In this document: one piece after another, positions 53,251 through 64,000 of the stretch
Layout: each line of letters starts with the position of its first letter
Position numbering within the stretch: the first letter of the stretch is position 1
Program-made: the position numbers and the translations under genes
The notes under the pieces: model-generated
What the model saw: only the letters and a program-made list of their open reading frames with translations
Told to the model about the DNA's origin: nothing
Database searches by the model: none
Assembly: GCA_022605425.2 (NCBI GenBank)
Contig: JAKIMF020000007.1
Coordinates: 496,001-560,000, forward strand
Direction of reading: 5' to 3'
DNA from: Hamiltosporidium tvaerminnensis FI-OER-3-3
Lineage: Eukaryota; Fungi; Microsporidia
Length of the DNA: 64,000 nt

Positions 53251-54269
53251 GTTGTAAATAATACGCATTCTTTATAAATACTTCTATTTATTTCATTTTT
53301 TATTTTTAAGAAATAATCTACAATAAGAATATTATTTTATTTGAGATTATTTTATTTGAGATTATTTTATTTGAGATTATTTCATTTAAACTATAAATGT
53401 TTTAATTAATTATATTAAAATGCAATATGTTTAGATATTTAATATATTTTTTATTTATAATTATAACACCTTAAATTCTTTAAATATTTCTTATATAAAA
53501 CAGTAATAAGTTTTATTTTGAGTTTTCCTATATTACTAGTATACTAGTGATTTTGTGTTGGAATTATATTTCTTTTTATAATTTTACATTTTTAAAATAA
53601 ATATGGTATTTTATTAGGTGAATAAGAAATAAGGAAATTTATTAGTTTATATTTATCTCTCAGATATCTTAATAATATAATATAGACCGGTGATATAACA
53701 GATTTTTCAAATATCATAATAATCTATTTAATATCTTATATCAATAAAAAATAAAATTTAAAAAATCATACTTTTCATAGAGATTTCTTTGAAATATTAG
53801 AATTCTGATAATTAATTTATTAACTTTAGAAAAAAGTTAAACTCTTTTCAATACCAAACTCATAATAAAACTATTAAATTATTTATTAATCTTTTTCAAA
53901 GAATTTATTTTAAGAATTTAGATTCTTTAAATTACATTTATAGTTGCTTGAATATACTAAAAGAAATCAAAAATTTTTATGGATTTAAAGCTGGATTAAA
54001 TCCGTTCTTTCTGTTATACTCTTAGCGTTTATACTATCATAGCACTTAGAAAGCACAAACATGCTATCTTTTTTCTTTGAATCTATATAAAGATAAATTA
54101 AATTTGACTAAAAAATATTTGCAATACAGAATTTTACAAATATCTTGGTTTAAATTTAATTTAATTAATTTAATTAATTCAAGTTATTTTTAGTATTCTA
54201 TAGGTTATAGGAATATTTTTTTTGTAATATTTTATGTTGAAATAATAAGTTTCTGTGATTAGAAAATAT

Positions 54270-54420
54270 TACAAATACATAGAGATTTATAAATATTTAG
54301 AGATTTACAAATACTTAGAGATTTAGAAATATTCAAAGATTCAAAGATTCAAAGATTTACAAATGTTTAGAGATTTAGAAATACTTAGAGATTTACAAAT
54401 ATATAGAGATTTACAAATAT
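54270..54420. repeat. ~18-bp minisatellite AGAGATTTACAAATA(C/T)TT
   Basis: About seven imperfect tandem copies. Confidence 0.85.
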
Positions 54421-56028
54421 TTGTATGTTTTACTTTAGAATGATATGATAGGTTTATATACTAAGATCTGACATCTCATATATATTTTGATTTTTATATT
54501 TATGGATATATTTTATATTTTAATATTAGTAGTATCAATATGTTACCATGTATCATATTTACAGTCTAAAGTCTTATTACTAGATCAGATGATTATTAAT
54601 CTTTGATTCTGACATTAAAATTTATTTATTAGCAAAAATTTCTTAATTTTGATAGTTTTTCTGATAAATAAAGACTGATCAAAACAATGAAACAATATAT
54701 AGAAAATAAATTAAAAATTTGATTTTTTTCTAAATACTTTTACAAGTTTTAATAAATCTATACACATAAGAGGTATTTTATATATAATTCGTGGTTAAAT
54801 ACTATTGCGAATTAATAAATCTATACACATAGGAGGTATTGTATATATAATTCGTGGTTAAATACTTTTACGAGTTTTAATAAATCTCTATATGAAAGAT
54901 GTATTGCATATTAAATTTACAGATATATTTAATGATATTTATACTCTGTCTCTAACATTTGTAATTTTGAATTATACTTTATGAATTCATCTGTGAGCTG
55001 TAAAAATATTTTGTTGATTTATATTTATCAGTTATCTAAAAAAAAGGAAAAAGTTCGGCAAATTTTATAGGCATGACTTAAAGATTGAGCTTTTATTCTC
55101 TTTTATCAGATTAGTGTTTAAATGTTTAATCTAAAAAACAAAAAAGTAAAATTTTATCAAAAATTTCGCAAAATAAAAAAATAATTCAAGCTTGACAAAT
55201 ACCCAGAATTTGAATTACGTTCTTTTTAATTATAAACCGTTTTTTTAATTATAAACCGTTTTTTTAAATTATAAACCGTTTTTTTAATTTTTTAATTTAA
55301 ATGATATTTCTAGTGTTTTACTAAATTCTAAAGATTAATACTCTGAATTTAAAACCCCATTATTTGAAAAAAAATACTTTAAGTATATATTTTCAACAGA
55401 CATAACAAGCTATAAAACTTTATTTTTGGTTTTATCTAAAATATATTTTATTTAATTAAAATAATATAAATACTTGATGTACCTCTCAGTCTTTTAAAAT
55501 ATTAATTTTCAACTAAAAACTTTGTAAGTAATCTTAAAGAAGAATATATTAAATCTTTAAAATACTAAAATGATAAAAGAATTACAAAATATTTGTAAAT
55601 AAAATATTTTTACACTTAAAAAATATAAAAGAACTATAATTGTGCTAAAATAAAGTAAATAAACAAATGATATTTTATATGTGATATCTTCTTATATCAA
55701 ATACATAAACTCCTAGTCTGGAAACAATAAAAAAACATTATTATTGTTTAAAAACCCTCAATAAGTATTTTAGTTAAGATAGAAAAGTGATTCGATTTTT
55801 TACAGAAATAATTAAATAATTAACATTAAATATATTGTGAACGAAGAACAATATTTATGATACATTAGAATATATCTTTGAATAAAAAAAGAGAAAAATT
55901 AAAATAGATATGAAATATGTTCAAATGGGAAAAATTAAAATAGATATGGAATATTTTTACTAGAAAATAATTCGAAACAAATAATATTATTATTGGAAAA
56001 ATAAAATTTGAGAAAAGAAATAAATACC

Positions 56029-56799
56029 TTAATTATAAGAATGATCCTTTGGTTCAGCATCATCAAAATATTGAACAGCCTCATCTATGGAATATAAAAT
56101 TGTATCAAATGTATTTTCATCATCGTAATTTAATTCTAAAAAAGAAACCAAATTATTTTCTACAATAAAATCATACATTTTAAGACACAACTGGTTATAT
56201 TCTCCTTTTTTTTTCTGAATATGATCTTTGATACTCTCACTAAGTTGACAAAATTCTTCTAATATTTCTCTTGAAATTTCTAGTTGGTCTAACTTACTTA
56301 TTATATTCAAATGTGGTAATGAAAATCTACACATTGATAGTAAAGCTACAAAACATCCACTTATAAATTTTGTAGGATCTGATACAAACTGAGCCTCAAT
56401 TAAATATACAATACAACAAGTAAAATATTTTTTAAAATGTTCTACGATATTCTTAAATGTATCTGAATGTGTAAAGAGTTCAATCTGACCAGGACAGTCC
56501 ACAATCAAAAAGTCACTTGATAATGACTCTAAATCTAACTCATCTATGTTATCATATAATTCTTCAAGTGCAACAATCAGACCACCATTTGGTCCGAAGT
56601 CATAATTTTCCATTATATCTTCTACAGTCACAAAATCTCTTAAATCAACAGAATATACTGTATTTTCTTGTATTTGAGCAGGATCAAGATTTATTAAATG
56701 GAGACTTCTATGTATCGCAATACCATGTTCGTATAGTTTCTTGCAAAATGTTGTTTTACCGGAACCAGCTGGTCCCATTACAAAAACAGCTTGACCCAT
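56029..56799 (-). CDS. GPN3: GPN-loop GTPase (GPN3-like), copy 2
   Basis: 256 aa; differs from copy 1 at three residues (RSFH/RSLH, YDEEN/YDDEN, DDVEP/DDAEP). Confidence 0.85.
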   Translation of the reverse strand: MGQAVFVMGPAGSGKTTFCKKLYEHGIAIHRSLHLINLDPAQIQENTVYSVDLRDFVTVEDIMENYDFGPNGGLIVALEELYDNIDELDLESLSSDFLIVDCPGQIELFTHSDTFKNIVEHFKKYFTCCIVYLIEAQFVSDPTKFISGCFVALLSMCRFSLPHLNIISKLDQLEISREILEEFCQLSESIKDHIQKKKGEYNQLCLKMYDFIVENNLVSFLELNYDDENTFDTILYSIDEAVQYFDDAEPKDHSYN

Positions 56800-58458
56800 G
56801 GTAGCAAAGGGCTAAGTTACATTTATGATTTTTTAAAACCGTTAGAAATATTCAGCTTTTTTAGAAGATTAAAAAAATAAAAAATATTTATAAATTGGAA
56901 AAAAAATCATAAAATTGTTTAACAATGTTTTCAAATCTGACTTAAAATACGATAATAAATTATATTCTAATTGTTTTATTGGTACTTCTTTTTATAAAAG
57001 TATAAAAAATCACTTTTGAATATGAATTTATTAATTAATTTTGAATATTTAGTTATATTCTAGTATTTTTTGTTTACACCTACTTCAAAATATGGAACAA
57101 TAAAAAAAAACTTTAAAATGCTTCATTTGTATGGATAAAGAAACCATAGATTTTATCTTTTGGATCTTTAAATTACAATAAAATTCGTATTAATTTAAAT
57201 ATAAGGCGGTTTTTATTATTTAAATTTTAATGTAAAAAATCAAGACATTATTAAAACACAGAGAGTAGCCTATTTCTAAGCAATACCGTAATAGCAAAAC
57301 AATTTCGATAACCATTTAAATGTTGCTTTAAATTTATGTCAAACACTGCCACAAAATTACCCAATCCACAACCACATTTTTTTTGACTTTGAAACTCTAA
57401 AAATGATATATTAACTCAATTTAATACATCTAAATTCTTTTGTTCGACCATTTCTTCTTTTAAACCATTTTCTTGTAATTTCTAATTTTTTTTCTTATAT
57501 TAAGAAATGCACATTATTGCAAAAACAAAAAAAAGTGAAAAAACGATCATTAAGCTATAAAATGAAAAATAAAAGCATTTAAAATACCACTTCAGGAGAT
57601 AAAACGGTGTAAAAATAGAAATGAGCTGTTAATAATTCATTTTGTAGCCAATATAAAATTATTTATCATAATGATACTTCTTAAACGATTTTTGCAAAAA
57701 AATTTCTGGTTGTCTCGAATTTTAGTAAAAATATATCTTTTCCACATCTATAAATAACTTTCCAAAGTTTTCCTTATAAAAGCAAACCATTTTACTTTTT
57801 TTCACCTTTTGATTGCTGTAAAACGCGCTTAAATTAGACCACACCATCGGGATTAAATTTTAAACAAATAAAGTGTACATACGCATCATTTTTCATACAA
57901 GCCATATTTGCCTCGAAATCCAGGTGAGACTGGTAAAAAAATATTAATTTTATAAGCACATATTTTAAGCTAAATTTATAATTAAGTTTGAAAGATAAAT
58001 TTGGGAACATTTACCTTTCTTAATTTTTTTAATACATATTTATCACATCGGTTTGCTTTCGACAAAATTTTTACATTTCAAAACACAATATAGTTTTTCC
58101 ATCCAAAATATGAATATAAACAAAAAAAAATTAAACCCCTAATATAAAAAAGTTCAGTGATAAAAAAATTCATCTATTAAAAATTCACTTTTGTTTTCTA
58201 ATTAAGTTGGTTCTGAAATGGGTTTAACAATTTATCATTGAATTATCTTAAAATTGACAGAATATTTATTTGGGACAAAATATTTCTTTAATTGTATATT
58301 TATGACTTTCGAAATAATTTTTTGATTGTACATTGGAAATATCAATAGATAACTTCGATATTTTTTTTAATATTAATTTTACATTTTAAATCATTTCTAT
58401 GCTTAGGTTTTGTTTAATTAAAATTTACGAAATATTTTTTCATTAATAGTAGATAAAA

Positions 58459-61400
58459 TGTCACGATCCTTAGTGCCCCGTTATTTCTAATGCAATTTTA
58501 AATATTAATAACACCCTTTATTTATAATAGATATATCTTTTTTTTCATTATATTTCTATCCTATAATTTCCGAGTTATTTCGTATTTCCTCCAGCTTCTT
58601 TTGCTCCTATAATATTTGTTTATTTATATGGCCGGATTATAGTCTTTGAACATAAACGATTAACAGGCAATACACATTCAAATAATCTCAATGCAAAGTT
58701 TTTCATCTTGCTGTTGTTTGATATTATAGACTGAATAAATGTTTTAAAATGCAATGACATGTTATAAGTAAACGAATTTCAGAGTAAATGACTTTACCAA
58801 TGAATAAAGTTACAAAAATAATACTCCCTCTGTCCGGAAATATGGTATACATTTTAAAAAAAACCGTAGATTATTGTGAATATAAAAAATAAATAGGCAA
58901 CCGTCATGAGATTGTCATAGTAAATATTCATAACAATATAACCTAAAATTTTTGACATTATTAATATCATTCTTAGTTAAAAAGTTACCGCTCAAACATC
59001 AGTGTTTCTTAAGGTAAAAAAAATTAGTACCGCTGCAAAACGAATATGGAAAATTTGGAAGGAAATTTGTTAAATTTAGAAAGAAGAGATTCAAAATATA
59101 AACAGTTAACTAAAGAACAACGTCAAGGTATTTTAAAAAAATTATTACAGCAGATGAAGTATAATAGTTAAAACACGGTGCGATCAACTAAGTTTCTTCT
59201 GCCTTTCAAGTTTCCCGGCTAACTGTTAGCAGAATTTGGCATGCAGCATAAACTCAATACAAAAAAGGCAAGATATGTGCCGATGTTTCTTCAAAAAAGA
59301 AAAAAAGATGCGGAAGAAAACCTAAAGAATATTCGAACAATTTAGCGCAAATAAGAAAACACTATTAAATCGTCGAGGAACGCTCACAAGTCTTTCCTTT
59401 GCAATTGATATTCCAAAATAAACTTTGTTTGATATATTCAAGTCGGGAAAGTATATGAAGAAAATATCTTCTACAGTTAAACCAACTTTAACAGATAAAA
59501 ATAAAATGGACAGATTGAAATTTTGCTTGTATAAAGTAAATCTTGCTAATAATGGAGATTTGCTTTTTGATGATTTGTACGACTACGTTCACATTGATGA
59601 AAAGTGGTTTTATCTAACTAAAGTTAAGCGCTCTTATTACTTAATGTTAAACGAAGAAAAACCGGAGAGAAACTGCAAAAGTAAGCCATTTATTACGAAA
59701 ATAATGTTCATGGCTGCAGTAGCTCGACCACGCTATGATGCACATCGAAAGCTTTTTTTTGATGGGAAAATTGGAATATGGCTATTTGTTTATCAAGAAC
59801 CAGCTCAAAAAAATTCTAAGAATAGGGCTAAAGAACAATGATAAAAAAAATGTGGAATCTGTTACAGCAGTCATTGCAAAAACATGATCATTGATAGTGT
59901 ATTTCCGTAATTAAATCTAAATTTCCGCAAGCATACAAAAAGAAAACAATTTACGTACAACAAAACAATGCAAAACCCCATTTTTCTCATAATGATACAG
60001 ATGTTGTCGCTCTTGGTTCTGCTGATGACTGGAATATTAAATTTAAGGTGCAACTGGCAAATAGCCCGAATTTAAATGTTCTTGGTTTAGGCTTTTTCAA
60101 CTCCATACAATCGCTGCAATATCAAGCATCGCCACACACAATTGACGAATTAATAAATCTTGTTCAAGATACATTTCATCAATTAGAAGCGAATACTCTC
60201 GATAACGTTTTTACAACATTGCAAGCATGTATGGAGTCAATTATGCTAGCAGATGGTGGAAATGGTTATAAAATACCTCATTTAAGTAAAGTAAAACTTC
60301 GTCGCGAAGGTCGACTGCTAGAAAAATATGTATGTTCCAAAGAAGAATACGTTAAAGCCAAATCAAATTTTGAGTGAATTATTAATTTTAATATATATTT
60401 TTTTAAATCGTTATTTAATATTTACATTAATATTTATTTAATGTTCGAAATAAAGGTAATATAATAAACTTGTCCTTACCTTTTTTATTTTATTTTATTT
60501 TTTTCGCAAATGTATACCATATTTCCGGACAAAAAAATCGCTAAAATGTATACCATATTTCCGGACAGAGGGAGTATAATTTAGTCATGATTAATTGTGT
60601 AGATCTTACAAGATACGCTGATCAAAATCATAGGATTATTGGACTAAAAATGTAATCGACACTTATACAACGATTTCTGGTGATGTAAGACGATAAAAAA
60701 GACTTCATAGTACGTATAAGATTTATATAAATTTCTATTATAATTTTTGTAACTCAGCTGCGATTCAATTCGATAATGGTAACGCACTTTAAAATCAATT
60801 TCTATAAATATACTTAACTACACTTAACATTCAAATTATATGTGGAAGATCACATAATAAAAGGCCCGGGGAAAAATTGAACGGATGAATCAAAATTAAA
60901 AGATAGTTAGCGAAAAAAAGTTATATGTTACTGGTAAAAAAAGATTGATCGGTTTTTATAATGATGTTATATGGTTTTATAACAGAACAATACATAATAC
61001 CACAAATAAATCGTCATTTCAACATTTTAATGGTCAACTTGAATTTATAATCTTCTTTTTGGTAATATAGTGACAGAGGAATTAAAAGATTATTCAGTAT
61101 TTGTCGACACAATTAGTTCCGAGGCATTAACATCAAGAAAACATGATCCAGAATATACACAGTCAAATTTAGATATTTCCTTTGAAATAATAATGAATTA
61201 AATGAGGCTCTATATCTTGCTTACTCTTCAACAACTACTGCTTCTGAAATTGATAAGAATATAGAAAATGATATAGACATAAGTAAAATTTCTGAAAAAT
61301 AATAAAAAAGAATCATAGAAATTTAAGATTCAAATAAACCAATAAGAAATCTTCTAGTTGGTTATAAGGTTTTTTAAAAAAGTATTTTGACATGAATACA

Positions 61401-61859
61401 AAGACGAAACGCTCACCGTTATTTTTTTATGATGATTCTGTCTTTACAGTAACAAATATTTTTAGTATTAATATGGTAGAATTAGAAAACATTAATGGTG
61501 AAAAAATAATTGTTTGGAGAGACGTAATAAAGCGGATTGAATTTTTCTTTGTTATTCTTCTTTTTTTTTTTTAAATATGTATTATTTTAAAATAATAAAT
61601 GTTAAGATAGAAGGAAATGTTTTATTTTTAAAATTTATTACGATAAAAATTTTCGAAAACTAAAATTAAAAGTATATAAACATTTATTTTCACTTTAGCC
61701 CTATTAAATTTTAAAACAAAATACCTCATATTTTAATTCAGAGACGTTAAAGATGAATGAATAGAAAATATGGGAGGTTATAAACAATTTGAAAATAAAG
61801 GGGGTATATTAGAAATAACGAGGGACACTAACGACATGGGGGGCATTATGGACGATACA
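58459..61859 (+). mobile_element. Ginger-like element with nested mariner (right-arm copy)
   Basis: Mirror of 30682-34080. Confidence 0.75.
58824..60574 (+). mobile_element. DD39D-type mariner (right-arm copy)
   Basis: Same TIRs, TA TSD, length and frameshifts as 31966-33716. Confidence 0.95.
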
Positions 61860-62416
61860 TATAATAACACAAGTAAGCTTTGCCTTTAAAATAATATTGT
61901 CTTTTTTCGGATTCGTTTATAGATTTATACCCTTTGACTTAAGTATAAAAAATTCATGTATAAATTAAATTAGAAGTTAATCTGTGAGATTTACAGTTGC
62001 CAAAAACCTTAACTGAAATTTACTTTCTTAGAAATTAAAATAGTAAATATGAAACTATATGATAAATTAATAACCTATAAATTCAATTGGTTATTATATT
62101 GATAATATCATATATCAAGCAATATATTTCATTGGACACAATAAATCTATAGATTTCAAAACTTTAAATTTTGCTTAAAAAACGAAGTAAAATATAAATA
62201 TCTCATTAGGTTTGATTATATAAGATATGATTGCCTATAAATATCAAATTTAAATTTATTTTTCTTAAATGAAAAAAAGATTGAAACATATATTTGCAAA
62301 TATAAAATATCAAATAACCAATGTTTAACAAATTCAAAAATGTATTCAAATATGAATTAAGAATCTGAACGAATCATTCGGTTTAAATCCATTAAATTTA
62401 CCGTTTAAAATTTAAA

Positions 62417-62484
62417 AGCTCCGCTTGAGATACGAAGAGTGCTAATCTGCAGTTCCTAAGCCCGGATAAAGAAGGAGAGTTGAG
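62417..62484 (+). ncRNA. Degenerate twister (P1-type) ribozyme, 3' cleavage-product portion
   Basis: CTCCGCTTG-AGAT..ATCT-GCAGTTCCTAAGCCCGGATAAAGAAGGAGAGTTG aligns with the recalled eukaryotic twister pattern CTCCGCCTG-[P3]-GCCGGTCCCAAGCCCGGRTAAAGGAGGAGGGTTG with about six substitutions. Confidence 0.7.
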
Positions 62485-62611
62485 CCTAAGGCAAGCATTT
62501 CTATCTCACAAAACCACATTGTTACAAACCAAAACGAAATAATATAAATTAGAAAAATCACTAAAGAAGCTCGGGCTCTATAGGAGCCGTAGCGCCAATT
62601 AGTAGTAGTAA
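62418..62611 (+). mobile_element. RTE-tailed SINE-like element with a twister-like head (right-arm copy)
   Basis: TSD TTTAAAATTTAAAA (62404-62417, 62612-62625); tail GGGCTCTATAGGAGCCGTAGCGCCAAT(TAG)n. Confidence 0.8.
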
Positions 62612-64000
62612 TTTAAAATTTAAAATGTATTAAATTATTTGAATATATAATTGATATAACAAGAATATTAAAAGTACAATTTTATAACGAACGGATTTTT
62701 ATTTCCAATCTATTAATATTTATAACAAAACTTTTTTTTTTCAGACTTTTTAATCAAAGTTATAAAATATATGAATTACAATCTTGTATATTTAAAATAT
62801 TACTTTTAGGATTAATATATTTAATAAATAATTGAGTAAAAAGTAAATTTATAATTTTTAGTACCACAGCATTTTCTTATGGCTAAGCTTATCAAAATAG
62901 AAATGATTTTCTTAAAAAATCTTTTTATAAATATTTTCAAGAAAAATTTTTATTTGAATCAAAGACTAAATAATTTGGAAACACTTAAAAGGTTGATTAA
63001 ATCATCCGAACTAAAAATTTCTCTATAGTATAATTAAATATGTTTAATCGAAATTAATTAACTATCGAATATTTGGGATAAAAGTTACAAAATTATATGA
63101 AAATTAATTAAGATTTAGAGCAAAAACATAATAAATCTTTTTTTAAAAACACGTATAAATTGAATTAACAAGTCTATTCAAGCAATAATAAATTCGTAAA
63201 AAATATTCTGTAAGAAATTTAGAAAAAATGAATTTTCAAATTAACATAAGTTAAGAATCTCTATGTAATTAAGATTTTTAGAAAAAGAACTATTAAAAAT
63301 AAAGATATCAGGTTATTTTTATTCAATATTTAATAATTTAAATTTAACCTACAATAAAGCACAATACTTTATTTTAAATACAAATTGTTGGTTTCGAAAA
63401 ATTTTTAAATCTATAATAGTTACTTTTTTAATGTTTCGTTTGAATTTAATCAGTTCAACTTTAAACTTTTTATAAATTTCAAATTAAAAACTCCAAAATT
63501 AGAAAAATAATTTAAACAATAAAAATATTTTGTATTTTTTACTATTTTAAACCATGCTGAGATTTATATTTTTATGGAAAATAATTTATATAACTAAATT
63601 GAATGTCAAATGAATTTTTTTGATTCCAAAATTTGTATTTATAAATATATGAATCCTTTTATTTTTATGAGTTTTGGTATGAATCCTTTTTTATCAATAG
63701 ATTGGGAAAAAGGCGAAAGTAACGGTAGGAGATTATAGATTTTTTAGAACAAAGCGACATCAATTTTTGAAGAACAGAGCAAGATATTTAAAAACACATG
63801 CAATTATGACAGAAAGCCAATGAAAAACAGAATATATTTTATTAAGAATAGAAAGATATGTATATTTTAATGATAGAAATCCCGTAAGAAAATTAAGTAT
63901 ACTTTCTGAAAAACCTAAATTTTCCCTGGAATCCTATAATTCAAGTATTCAAAACAATTATTTTACACACGAGATAATAAAACAAGGAAATACAGTAGAA

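Larger units (their letters stand above)
55694..64000 (-). repeat. Right arm of the large inverted duplication (runs off the window)
   Basis: Reverse complement of 28544-36849. Confidence 0.97.

Noticed and set aside
1-64000. tRNA or rRNA genes
   Set aside because: No cloverleaf with a T-loop GTTCRA or rRNA signature was recognised by eye; tRNAscan-SE or Infernal would be needed to exclude them formally.

Overview
Very AT-rich, gene-sparse, transposon-rich eukaryotic DNA. Compact, apparently intron-free conserved genes, CCC-like motifs just upstream of start codons and LRR-like lineage-specific ORFs point to a large-genome microsporidian, possibly Hamiltosporidium-like (inference). Recognisable host genes are UTP6, MRE11, two inverted copies of a GPN-loop GTPase (GPN3-like) and the RNA polymerase III largest subunit (RPC1). 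A >=8.3 kb inverted duplication (28544-36849 / 55694-64000, running off the window) brackets an ~18.8 kb spacer that carries RPC1. Mobile DNA includes Ginger-like integrase DNA transposons, a DD39D (plant-mariner-type) element nested in one of them, RTE and RLE (R4/Dong-like) non-LTR fragments, and probable gypsy and Merlin remnants. Most notable: (1) RPC1 is expanded to ~2210 aa by seven in-frame repeat insertions, most of them polarised (G-rich 5' half, C-rich 3' half, mutually complementary); (2) a ~730-bp non-coding, structured, TSD-flanked retroposon is present as two independent full-length insertions; (3) short RTE-tailed SINE-like elements occur, one with a twister-ribozyme-like head starting near the cleavage site and one with a different structured head on the same body; (4) both RPC1 frameshifts are the same CG->CAG insertion.
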